Of a stretch of 64,000 nt of DNA, positions 47,695 to 64,000 are shown in pieces. The first letter of the stretch is position 1, and the number at the start of each line of letters is the position of its first letter. Under the pieces are notes generated by a model, which was not told the DNA's origin, did not search any database, and worked only from the letters and a program-made list of their open reading frames with translations. The translations under genes were made by a program, and so were the position numbers. The stretch is from Piromyces finnis finn (taxonomy: Eukaryota > Fungi > Neocallimastigomycota). The DNA lies in assembly GCA_002104945.1 (NCBI GenBank), contig MCFH01000008.1, positions 1,116,001 through 1,180,000 of the forward strand. The letters run 5' to 3'.

Positions 47695-49385
47695 TTATAA
47701 AAATTTTAAAAGATGGACGAAGAAATGGATGTTGAAGATGATTCACAAAAGGCTTCATCTGGTTTGATTCATATAGATTCAAATGCACCAATAAAAATTA
47801 GAACAGATTATAAACCAAAAGGTAAATTTAAATTTATTATAAATAAAAATTTATTTAAAGTTTATTAAATTTTATTAATTAATATTAAAATTAATATTAA
47901 TATATAAAGCTCTTAAATCACAACTTGAACAACAAACTCAAATATGTCCTAGATGTGGTCAAGCTATTCCAATATCTGAAATGGATGAACACGTTCGTAT
48001 TGAATTACTTGATCCAAAATGGAGAGAACAAAAGAAAATTAGTGAAGCTAAAAAGAAAGATAGTAATTTATTACAAACTGGTATTGATGTAGCTGCAAAT
48101 CTTAATAAACTTTCAGGCTATCGTACTGATATTTTCGGTAGTGAAGAAGTTGAAATTGGTAAAAAAATTGAAGAAGATGCAGAAAAAGCAAAGCAAGCCG
48201 AAAAAGAAAAAGTTATTTGGGATGGTCACATTGCCTCAATTGGTTCAGCTACAAGACAAGCTCAACAAGGTGGTATGTCTATTGATGAACAAATTGCTGC
48301 TATTTATCGTAGAAAAGGTTTGGCAGAGTAAGTATAAATTAATCATTATTCAATATTTTATTTATCAAGGAATACAATATTAGTCATTTAACTTGATAAA
48401 AATTGAAATGAAATAATAATTATATTTTTTATTATTATTTTCTTTATTAGTGAAGATAAAAGTAAAATTGGACCTCAAATGCCTGAACAAAAAGTTGCTG
48501 CACCACCATCATTGGTAAATATAAATAATTTTCTATTAATTATTATTTAAAAATAAATAGAAAATAATAATAATTATATTTTAAAAATAATTATATTATT
48601 ATATAAAGCCAATTGTTCAACCTCCAGGTATTTCATCAGCACCTGGTTTACCAATACAGCCTGTTACAAATTCATCCGTAATACCACCTCGTCCAAATTT
48701 CCCACCACCAAATCCATTTTTATATCAACAACAATCACAAGGTATATATCCACCTGGTCCAGCTGCAATAAGACCGCCAAATATGCAACAAATGCCATCA
48801 AGTAGACCACCAATGATGATGCATAATAACATGCCACCAGCTTTACCATTATTAAATAATAATTACGCAACAAGACCAAAAGATCAAAATGATATGTTTA
48901 TGCCTGATGCCAAGAGACAAAGAACTGATTCTAGTGTTCCTCCACCACCAATGGGTAATAATCTTCCTCCTCCACCACCTTCAACATCTGTACGTTATCT
49001 TTATATATACATAATTTATTAAATACAAACGTAATGAAATAAAGATTATTAATTTAATTTAATTTAATATAAATTTGGTTATTATTAAAATTGTTTATAG
49101 GCTATCACTGTAAAGATTCAAACTTCAGTATATAATGATAAGCCAGAATGGGGTTTGGATGGTCAAATATTTACTGTACAAGATGTTCAACCTAATGATA
49201 CAGTTTCTGTTTTAAAAGAACGTATTTCTCAAATACGAAATATGCCAGCAGGTCGTCAAAAATTATCTATGTCATCTAATGGTACAACAATATTATTGAA
49301 GAATAGTATGACAGTAACATCATATGGTATTAATGAAGGCGTTATTTTAACACTAGCTGTAAAGGAACGTGGAGGCAGAAAATGA
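46017..49385 (+). CDS. PRP21: Splicing factor SF3A1/Prp21 (two SURP domains, PRP21-like domain, Pro-rich region, C-terminal ubiquitin-like domain)
   Basis: GIIYPPPEIR|NIIDKTASFVARN, FSFLNPNDPYYSYYQ, ARNGRQFMTGLAQREQKNYQFEFLRPNHSLF, YASIDWHDFVIV, CPRCGQAIP..MDEHVRIELLDPKWREQ, and a terminal UBL ending LAVKERGGRK*. Confidence 0.95.
47627..47696. repeat. (TTTA)n microsatellite in a PRP21 intron, close to the acceptor
   Basis: About 17 TTTA units ending about 15 nt before ...TAAAAG|ATGGAC. Confidence 0.9.
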
Positions 49386-49417
49386 TTTTTGTAAATTATA
49401 TGATAAAAAATTAAAAA

Positions 49418-49451
<34 letters not shown>

Positions 49452-50015
49452 TATTTCTATTATTAAGTTATGTTTTATTATTAATATAATTATTTCTCTT
49501 TTTTTTTATTTTTCATAATACTAAAACAACATATGAATATAAATATTTCCATTTAATAAAATAAGCATTTAAAATATTTATGTGTATCTGTTTTTTTTTG
49601 TTTGTTTTGTTTGTTTTTTTGATTTTATAATAAGATAATAATATGAATTAACTATTAAAGAATTATTTATATCAATTTAATAAAAAAAGAAAAAAAGAAG
49701 GAATAAAAAATATAATCATATCATAATAATATAATTATTTATTAATTTTTAGTTAAATAAATTATTGAATAACATTTAAAAAGTATTTCGATTTTTTTAA
49801 AAAATTATTAGTATTCTTTGTATATATTGTAGCTTGTTTCAAAATGTTTAAAACTTATGTAAGTAAATAATACATGTTAATTATTTTTTTTATATAAATG
49901 AAGTTAATATATAATGAGTGTAAATTCGTTATTTTAATACATAAATAAATATAAATTTCTTTATATTCTAACATTTGTTAATTTATTTGTTTATTTATTT
50001 ATTTACTATTGTTGA

Positions 50016-52131
50016 TTATTGGATTTTGATTCTTTTTTTATTATAAACTTCAACCTGTTCATCATATACTTGATAAGCTCTTTTTATTGATTTCGATAAG
50101 GAATTAAATAACTATACAATATATTTATTAATAAATTTATATTTAATTACTTGATAACAAATCATAATAATAATAATATATACTAACTTCTTTTGACGTT
50201 ATAGCTTTGTTTTGGTATTCATGAATTAATTTCGAATGAAATTGATTAAATCTTTCTTCAGTATTTTTTAATATTTTTATTAATTTGTCAACTGTTTCTT
50301 TACTTTCATCGCTTTTTATTGGCATATAAAACCAAAAATGTTTTAATAATTCGTTATATACTAATTGATAAGTGTTAATTTCTTGTTGAGCAGAATGTGG
50401 TAATTCATTTACTAAAAGTTAAAAAAAAAAAAAAAAAAAGAGAAAAGTTAATTAATGATTTATTTATTAATAATTTATACAATTTTAATAATATTTACAA
50501 TCCTTATTTAATTGAGATAATTTGTCTTGATTATAAACAATAACATCATTATTTAATTTATTAAATACTTCTTCAAAAATATTGTGTAGATTATCATTAT
50601 TAATCTATTATAATAAATAAATATATATATATATATTAAAAAATTTTTTTTTCTTAAAAAAAAACTATTATTAATTATTATATTTCATCCTACGTTATTT
50701 AAATGGAGATGCCAAATTTTGAAATTTTCAAGATAATTTGCAAATTCTTCTTTCTTTAATATCTATATGAATTATCAAATAAAATTTAAAAAAAAAAAAA
50801 AAATTAAAATACACCGAATATAAAAATAGAATAAAAGAACTATAAAGCTATAAATAACATACTTTTTTATCTATTGTTTGATTTGTCAATGTAACTTGAC
50901 TCTCAAAATAACGTTTTTGGTCTTTAATTTGTAATGGCATTTGTATTTCTTCTTCTTTTGTTGTTAAATCATTGAAAACTAAATTCTATTATAAAAATTT
51001 GTCAAAATATTAAAATTAAGACTTATTTTAATTATTAGTTAATATTTTCTATATACCTTTTTTATTTCATTGTTTATTTCAACTTTATCTTCCTGATTTA
51101 TTGTACTTTTTTTAGTTATTTATATATATATATATAATTAGATATAATTGGTATTGAAATATATTTATCCATTTATTTATATAATATATTAATAAGATTA
51201 TCAATTATATTACTGTAATGAGTTCAAAATAATTTCTGAATGATGATTGAATTTTCTAATTAATTGCATATTTGATTTTGATGAACCTCCTATCATCGTA
51301 AAATCAGGTTTTGTACCATAGCCCTATATATTGAAAAATAATATAAATATTATTTATCTACTTTATATTTGATCTATAATATTAATGTTTTTATTACTTC
51401 AAATTGGTTTTGTTCAGTAGCTGTCAAATCTATTAATAATGGAACTTTTTCAATTTCTTCTTCAGATGGACCAGTAAATTCTTGATAAATTGCAATAATT
51501 TTATATAATTTATTCATTTTAATAATATATATTAATTATCTTTCCATTACTTTAAAATAGTAATTATGCTTTATATGTATTTATAACGAATTTTACTATC
51601 TTCTTCTAGACATTTATCAAATATAGGATCTTTTGTGTCAATATGAGATTTTCCTTGAGTTCTGTTTCTATGAAAGAATTTTGATGAAAAATATCTCTTC
51701 CAGAAATCTTTTTCGTTTACCTATTTAATACATAATTAAAATTTAACAAATCGTAAATTTTCATTAATTGTTTATTTAATATTGATTTTATTTCACCTTA
51801 TCAGGGACATTTTCATCATATGCTCTCTTGACTTTAATTTATATATATATATATATATATATTAGTTTATATTATATAATTATCATATAATCATTTTTTT
51901 AATTTCTGAATTTTATTCTTACCAGATGGATAATGCATAAATATTGAATGAATAATTTCAGTTGTAATTGTGTATTTAATATCATTTCCTTCATTATGTG
52001 TTGGTCTAATATCTGCTAATGAAGAAGATGCTTGACCTTTCTTTTGAGTAAATTTTTCATTTTCTAACATATTCTAAAATGTTAAATAAAATTATTTATA
52101 ATATTATTTTATTTAATAATTTATGCTATTA

Positions 52132-52170
<39 letters not shown>

Positions 52171-52859
52171 GCTATTTAATTTACCTGTCTAATACTCCAA
52201 AATTCTTCTTCTGATAATAACCCATTTAATACTAATTCCATATGTAATTTCATTAAATCTTTATAGTTTTTAAGAATATCTTGCCTTATTTGAATTTCTT
52301 TTGATGTTAACAATGTTTTGTTTTCATTCAAAGTTTCATTTAATTGTGGATTTTCATTCAATACTGTTGAATTTTGATGTTTTTGGTATATCTTTTGAAG
52401 AGCAGCTGCTAATGCGTTTTTTATTTTTTCTCTATCTGATACTGCATTATCTGATGTAAATGTGAATGTTCTAAATTGCTCCTTTTTATGACTTTGTCCT
52501 ACAATTACAACTCTTAACATAATTTTTGCTGAAGTTGCTGCATTAATAGATTGTGCTTAAAAAAATAAAAAAATAAAAAAAAAATTTTTTATTAAAACTC
52601 TTATAATAATATAAAACATAAATAATTTTTAATTCAAATATAATAATAAAATATCATCTATTTTAAATAAGATAAAAACTATTTATATAATATTTAAGTA
52701 TATACATTTAATTGAATTGAATGGTAATGAAATCAAAATTTCTTTGGTTTTTTCTAATGTCCATGCTAAACGGCAATTTGTAATATGAATGGTTCCATCC
52801 TTTTTTTTTACCATAGCTGGAAATGATAAAAGCAATTCTTCTCCAGCTTCCAATTTCAT
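50016..52859 (-). CDS. TFB1: TFIIH p62 subunit Tfb1 (PH domain + BSD domains); many exons
   Basis: N-terminal PH-like KKKDGTIHITNCRLAW..SQSINAATSAKIMLRV, BSD motifs LLSEEEFWSIR and NEKDFWKRYFSSKFF, IIHSIFMHYPSVKRAYDENVP, and GYGTKPDFTM..IRKFNHHSEIIL. Confidence 0.85.
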
Positions 52860-53087
52860 TTTCCTATTTTTTTTTAATTTCTTTATGTAATTTAATTTTT
52901 ATTGTTATTACTGTTAATAATATAGATTTAATACAAATGTTAATATAGTGAATTAAATAATGAAATTTTAAATTTCGAATTAAGATGTAATTTTATATGG
53001 TATAATACATATTTCTTATTTAAAAAAAAAATCAATTTTAAAAAAAAATAATATATGATAATAAATTATAGAGTAAATATTATATAT

Positions 53088-53095
53088 GCCAATCA
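53088..53095. promoter_or_regulatory. CCAAT box (GCCAATCA) in the TFB1/SNF12 divergent intergenic region
   Basis: Matches the NF-Y/Hap core consensus and is the main GC-containing motif in the 350-bp spacer. Confidence 0.4.
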
Positions 53096-53207
53096 TTCAA
53101 ATAATTTAAATTTTTGATTAAAATGTTTATATATTATATAACCTAAATAAAATAATTATTTCAAATAAAATTTTAGTTTTTATACACATATATATAGAAA
53201 TTTCAAA

Positions 53208-55317
53208 ATGAATCAAGATTTAAAACGAAGAGCAAATGATAACTCATTAAACTTAAAGAAAAAGTATTTTGTAAAATATAATTAATTATTAATAATAAAT
53301 TAAATGATTAAATTAATATTTTAATTCATGTTAATTTAGTAAAAAGAAACGTAGAATTGAAAAAACATTGCCTCCAAAAATTGAATCTCTAATTCCTGAA
53401 TCAAAATTATATACTCAACTTCATGAATTTGAAAAAAAAATGGATGCAACAATAATGAGAAAAAGACTTGATATTCAAGAAGCAATGTCAAAACCAATTA
53501 AAGTAAATTTTGTTAAAAAGTCATTTTATTTCCATTCATTTATTATAAGAAGAAAAAAATAATAATATAAAATAAAAGATATTAATAAATAATGTACATT
53601 GTTTTATTAATAAATTTAAATTTATTTATAATAGACAAAGAAAACTTTAAGAATATTTGTTTCAAATACGACTTCAGAACAAAACAAAAATATAATGAAT
53701 ATTAATGACATAAGTTTAGATAATATATCAACTCCATCTTGGATATTAAAAATTGAAGGAAAATTATTAGATGTAAAGACAAACATTTAATTAATAAATA
53801 TTATAAAATATAAATATATAAGATACATATATATTTAAATTCAATAAAGTATTTTTATTAAATAAATATTAATCATTTTATAATTTTATAATAATACTAT
53901 CTAAAGAATTCACCAGGAAAAAAAAACATGATAATAGATAAAAAATTTTCATCTTTTGTTAAAAGAGTTATTGTTGAATTAGACAGAGATCAAACTTTAT
54001 ATCCTGAAGGCAACATTATTGAGGTATTATTAAATTTTGATTCCATTTAAGTTTTAATAAAAATAAAAATAGATTTATATATACAAAATTTTTAATAAAT
54101 ATTTATAATTGTTTTAATTATCATTAATTAAATATATATCAGTGGAATAAAGAACATGGAACTCCAGAAATTGATGGATTTGAAATAAAAAGAACTGGAG
54201 ATACTGATGTCAATGCAAGAATTTTAATAGAAATGGATTATGCACCACATAAATATAAATTATCAGAGGATTTATCAAAATTATTAAACATAAAGTTAGA
54301 TACCAAAACCAATATTATCATGGCATTATGGCAATATATTAAAGTAAATAATTAAATAATAATTAATTATGATAATTATTGAAAATAACATAATATTAAT
54401 ATGCTCATAATAATAAAATATAAAATAAAAAACAATAGTACCATAAACTTCAAGATTCAGATGATAAAAGAATTATAAATAATGATGAAGAGTTGAAAAA
54501 AATATTCAAAGTTAACCAGATAACATTCCCTCAAATGCCAGAACTCATAAATTATCATTTGTTGCCACCAGATCCAATTGTTATTGATTATAAAATAAAG
54601 TAATTTAACAAAAATGTTATATAAAAATTATATAAATCAAATAAAGCTAATTCTTTATTTATTATGCAATCTTTAACATATGAAAAATAAAATAATATAT
54701 TAGAGTAGGGGAAAGACAAATAGATGAAGCTGAATATGCATATGATGTTGAAGTTGAAGTAGATGATTCAATCAGAAATAGAATATCATCAGTTGTTTCG
54801 GTATTACAAGAAAATACAAAAGAATATATGGATATGGACGAAAAGGTATTATATATAATTTTATACTTTGGTAATCACATAATCAATTTAATTATATTCA
54901 ATTGCTTAAATTAATTTTATTCTTTTTATCAAAATGATTTATATATAAATATTAAAGATATCGAAAATAATTCAAGCAATAAATAATTGTAAATTAAAAA
55001 GAGATTTTATGATGTCATTTGTAAATGATCCAGTAACATTTATAAACCAGTGGGTCGCAAGTCAAGCAAGAGATTATGAAGTTATTCTTGGTGAATCTCA
55101 TATTAATAAAGAAGAATCAAGACATTCAGAATTCTTTAAGAAACCATGGATCAAGGAAGCAATATTTCATTATCTTAATGCCAAGGTTAGTTTTAAGAGA
55201 ATACTATTGATTATATAAAAAATATGTTATAAAATACTAATATATCTCTTATATATTTTATGTTTGAATTAGACTCACGAAAAATATAATGAATTAGTTA
55301 ATCAGCAACAGCATTAA
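53208..55317 (+). CDS. SNF12: SWI/SNF-RSC subunit BAF60/SMARCD (Snf12/Rsc6-like) with SWIB domain
   Basis: LIPESKLYTQLHEFEKKMDATIMRKRLDIQEA, TLRIFVSNT, WILKIEGKLLD, KFSSFVKRVIVELD, EIDGFEIKRTGD, SWIB ALWQYIK|YHKLQD and FVNDPVTFINQWVASQARDY. Confidence 0.88.
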
Positions 55318-55713
55318 TTTCTAAATTTGATTCTTTTTTTTTTATCTTTTTTTCTTATTATTATAATATATTTTATTTAAAGGTTAATATTTTAATATTT
55401 TAAATAATATATCAAACAACATTCAATTTTATATTGTATTTTAATATATATAATATTTAAAATTAAGCTATTTCTGTAATAGTAATTTCCATATTTACAA
55501 TTAAATATTTAAATGTATAAATCATAATCCTTAATTTAATAAAGAATATTAAAAAATTAAAATTTTAAATATTTGATTTTGTGTTGCGTTAATATAAAAT
55601 ATAAAGTTTTTTTTATCCAATAAAAATGTTTGGTTTATATTTAAATTTATCATAATTTAGAAAAGTTATTATAAATATTTTTCAATCATAATAATTTCGT
55701 ATAATTAAAGAAA

Positions 55714-56403
55714 ATGGTGGATAAAAAAGAAGAAAAAAAAGAAGAGAAGAAAGAAGAGGAAGAAGTTCAAGACTTAGAAGTTTTAAAAACTCAATTTGAT
55801 ACTTCAGTTGGTATAGCAAGAAGCTTAATTAATAGTTGGCTACCTGAAATTGAAAGTGATGATGAAAAGGATACAGATATAATAGGAAGACCTCCAAGGT
55901 TTATAAATTTTAAACTTTTATAATAATATTTATAGTAATGTTAATATTGTTAGTTTTATATCACATTAGTATTAGTTTTCTTATTTGTTGATTTATTTAA
56001 ATTGTTTTTAAAAAACAAAATTTAAATAATTTAAAATTTTATCTTTATAATTAGATTGGGTCTTGGAGCAAAATTCTTAAGTCAAAATCAAGCAGAGAAA
56101 ATTAATCAAGGGATATTTGAAAAAAAATATAAAGATAAATTAATAAAAGGAAATAAAAGGCATTTAACTCAAGAAGAACAACTAAAAAAGGATAATGAGG
56201 AACGTGCTAAAAAAAGAAAGAAGGAAATGGAAAGTAAGATTTATATATAATTAATTAATCCCAAGAAAATAAAAAAGAAAATATAAAGATATATTAATAT
56301 ATTTATTTATATTGTATTTATATATAAAATCCTTAATTTAGGTATATATCAAGAAGATAGTAAATTTGCAAATTTGAATAAACCAAAATCAAATAATTCC
56401 ATA

Positions 56404-56435
<32 letters not shown>

Positions 56436-56532
56436 AAAAGCAAAGGCAAAAAATCAAAATGATATATTATCAATGTATTTATCAAAGAGTAAAAAACCAA
56501 AAAGAAAAAACATGCCAAAATCTATTGTATAA
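55714..56532 (+). CDS. Small basic fungal protein, DUF3245-like (3 exons)
   Basis: FDTSVGIARSLINSWLP...IGRPPR|LGLGAKFLS pattern and a Lys-rich tail. Exon phases join in frame. The family name is recalled from memory, not from a search. Confidence 0.6.
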
Positions 56533-56723
56533 GTAACAACAAGATTACAATTAACTTATACTAATTTACAATGATACTATTATAAAAAACTTTATTATTT
56601 ATTTTATTAATCTAAATTATATTACATAAATACTTTTTAGTATTTTCTACAAATATTCTAAACTAGACAATATTTTATAATATAATAAAAAAAAAAGTAA
56701 AAATATATATATATTAATTGTGT

Positions 56724-56731
56724 ATCACGTG
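56724..56731. promoter_or_regulatory. E-box / Cbf1-type site ATCACGTG about 400 bp upstream of TAF11
   Basis: Exact RTCACRTG match containing a CpG in CpG-poor DNA. Confidence 0.3.
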
Positions 56732-57133
56732 TTTTGTATTTCAAATTTTTTGTACCACGAAGTTTTATATTTAATACTTTTTGAAATTTTTTGAAATTTA
56801 CAATTGAATTTCAAATTTCTAAATGTATTTTAAACATTTATAAAATATAAATATTTAATTTTAGTATGAATATACTCATTTAGTATTTCTTTTTTTTATA
56901 ATTATATATTTTATTTAATATAATAGATATAAATGCAATAAATAAATTAAATTAAGATTTTAAAGCATGTAAATGAAATCTAATCAAATATAAGAAATAG
57001 TTTACTTAAAAATAAGGAATTGCTTAATATGTTTATTTTTTAAATCTTTTTTTTTTTTTAAGTAATATTTATCAATATAATTCAGATTAATTGTTAAGGA
57101 AAAGAAATAAATAAAATAAAGTTAAAAAAAAAA

Positions 57134-58320
57134 ATGGAAGGAACTAAAAAATACTATTCAACAGAAAAAAAAAGAAAGCAGTCAAATATTCATGATAATC
57201 CAAAAGCAAAGCAAGTAAAAACTGAGAATGGTGGAACTACAAAGTATAAAAAATCGAAAGAAAAGAAATTAAAAAATGAAAAAATAAAAGGAACAAATCA
57301 AACAAATGAAAATAAAAAAGTAGAAGTAAAAGAAGAGAATGGAGAAAATGTAATAAAAGATAAAGAAAAAAAAGAAGAAAAAGAAAAAGAAAAAAAGGAA
57401 GATGAAGAGCAAGAAGATGAAGAAGATCAAGATATTGATGGTGTTTATGAAGAATTAGAAGAAGAAAATATTCAAATGAAAAATAAAGAAATGTTGAAGT
57501 ATGAAATTTTATTCTGTTTTATTATACTATATTTTATTTTGATTTTGATTTTTGATTTTAATTTTATATTTTAATATTATTTAATTTAAATTTCATTTTA
57601 AAATAATTACTGAATTATATTTTTAATTGATAATAACAATAAATATAAAATAATTATATATATATTAAATTAATACATTAAAAGAGATTTATTAAATGAA
57701 TTTAATGAAGAACAAATACAAAGATATGAAGTTTACAGAAGATCCACCTTACCAAAGGCAGCAATGAAAAGAGTAATTAATTATTAAAAATAATATTGAT
57801 AATTTTATTACTTTTATTATAAATATAAATTCTTAAAATATTTTATAAAATTAATATATAAATTAATAATAATATAATAAAGCTTGTCCAAAGTATACTA
57901 AATCAAAGTGTATCAAATAGTATGGGTATTGTAGTTGGTGGTTTTTCAAAAATATTTCTTGGTGAAATTGTTGAAAAAGGTAATGTTCATAATATTATAA
58001 TATTTTTATATTAATAATAATAAAAAAGTAAACAATAAAACAAGATTTAAATACAAAAAATTAGTTTCCTGAAAGTCTAAATACTAATATTTATATTATT
58101 TTAATAATTTTTTAATAAAGCTCGAGATGTTATGGAAGATTGGGGTGATGAAGGTGCAATTAGACCAGAACATCTAAGAGAAGCATATAGGTAGTAATCT
58201 TTTATTAAGCATCTTTAAATAATTATTAATATTTTACTAATATTTTTTAATTATTATTTATTATATCAATATATCAATATAAGATTATATAAAGAAGAAA
58301 GAAAATGTAAATATCTTTAA
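57134..58320 (+). CDS. TAF11: TFIID subunit TAF11 (histone fold) with a charged N-terminal extension
   Basis: [27 protein letters not shown]|[32 protein letters not shown]|[24 protein letters not shown]|LYK. Confidence 0.92.
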
Positions 58321-58858
58321 AGATTTTAAATCATAAATGGATTTCTATTTTTTTTTTTTATTATTATTTTATTATTTAATTTAATCTGTTTTGTTTTTTT
58401 TTTTTTTTATTTTATTTTATTTTATTTACTATTCAAAATTTTATTTTTTACCTATTAAGAGCAATTACTATTAAAAAAATAAATTTTAATATTCATTTAT
58501 TATAACATTTTTAATTTAATAAAATTAATTCACACAAAAACATTCAAAACAAAAAACAAAAATGATTAGTATTTTATAATATTCATACAATATTTGTTTT
58601 TATTTTATATTAAACTATGATTAATAGTAGTGTATATTTAATTCTTTTTCTTTTTTTTTTTTTTTTTTTTTTTTTCAATAAAATGTGTATAAATATGTGA
58701 TATTTTTTTAATACTATTTTATAACATTAATTAAAATAGAATATAAAATTAAAAAAAGAAAAGAAAAAGAAACTGTATCTAGTTGTTAAACTCTTTAGTT
58801 TTTTTGTAATATTTATATAAATTTTTATTGCTATTAATTATAATTATTAATTTTCTAT

Positions 58859-62885
<4,027 letters not shown>

Positions 62886-63688
62886 TTTTTTACTTTTTCT
62901 TTAATATAATAAAATTTAGAAATTGAAAATTTTATAAATTTTATTAATAACTGAAAACATTTTATGGAAATTTTCGGGTATTAAAATATTTTTTTTTTAA
63001 TTTTAAATATAAAAAGAAAATAATATATGTTACTAATGAAAAAACATTATATATATGTTTAATTTTGAATAAATAGAATTTGAATTATTTTTTTTTTAAT
63101 ATATTATTATCATTATAGATATTATAGAGAGAAATATGCATAATAATTTCAATCAAATTAATCATTCTTGCTTAATTATTTTAGTTTTGTTTATTGAAAT
63201 GTTAATATCATTTACTGGTTTAATAAGACAAAACTATAAAAGAACTAAATTAAATTTCATAATTTATTTCGAAATATGTTGCTAATTCTATTAATATATA
63301 TTTACATACTTACTTATTACTTTATTTTATAATAATTCTTTTTTTAATTATATTAATTTCTTTATTATTTCTATAAAACCTTATAGAAAATTATTATTTT
63401 TATATATAATTAAATTTTTCTATTTAATTATTTAATTTGTTTTTATTAGTTTATTTTTTTTTTTTTAGAAAAAAAAACCTTTCATAGTTTTAATTTTTAT
63501 TTTAATAAAGATTTTCCAAAGAAAATTAATATATAAAAAATTAAATAATTAATATTGTATCACTATACCAAATTCTAATTCTAATTTAATTGCAATTTCA
63601 TATATTAATACTTTTTTATTTAATTTATTATTTTTTTTGAATTGCACAAATAAAAAAAAAAAAGATTTCAAATAAGTATTTATTCACA

Positions 63689-63712
63689 TTATTTATTTAT
63701 TTATTTATTTAC

Positions 63713-63799
<87 letters not shown>
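63689..63799. repeat. (TTTA)n microsatellite of about 110 bp
   Basis: Long TATT run with one interruption near 63711, upstream of the ABCG gene. Confidence 0.9.
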
Positions 63800-64000
63800 C
63801 TATTAAAAGTTCTTTAATTTCAAATATTATTTAACAACAGATTAAATAATAAATGAATATATAAATATATTTATAAATAATAATTTTTTTTATTATATAA
63901 ATATTTTATTATAAATAGGTGACAAAAAAGAGTAATTATTATCATTATAAAATAAGCATTTTTACTATTTTTACATCAATACTTCAATATACATAAATTT

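Overview
Extremely AT-rich, intron-rich fungal DNA. Base composition and gene content suggest an anaerobic gut fungus (Neocallimastigomycota); this assignment is inference. I reconstructed about 18 spliced protein-coding genes by joining exons at GT..AG sites that restore reading frame and family motifs. In order: ACC-synthase-like PLP enzyme, ZupT-like ZIP transporter, Sds3/Dep1-like protein, putative PAC1/PAC2 proteasome chaperone, LSM4, a calponin-homology (CH) domain fused to a Cdc15/SepH-like kinase, an orphan protein, CENP-C/Mif2, a long low-complexity protein with PPxY and PSAP motifs, PMT2, PRP43, PRP21/SF3A1, TFB1, SNF12/BAF60, a DUF3245-like protein, TAF11 and an ABCG half-transporter with a Cys-rich N-terminus. 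I saw no tRNA, rRNA, CRISPR array or transposase. I found no convincing multi-gene novel pathway. The most striking signals are in splicing architecture. (1) A 4-nt micro-exon (GATG, 60847-60850) is needed to encode the Walker-B Asp-Glu of the ABCG transporter. (2) A 21-nt exon carries the catalytic DE motif of PMT2. (3) Two introns are mostly (AAT)n right up to the acceptor AG. (4) A-rich AAG acceptors without a polypyrimidine tract are very frequent. Notable protein architectures are the CH-kinase fusion and a KKE/D-repeat N-terminus on Prp43. All exon boundaries were read by eye and need RNA-seq confirmation.
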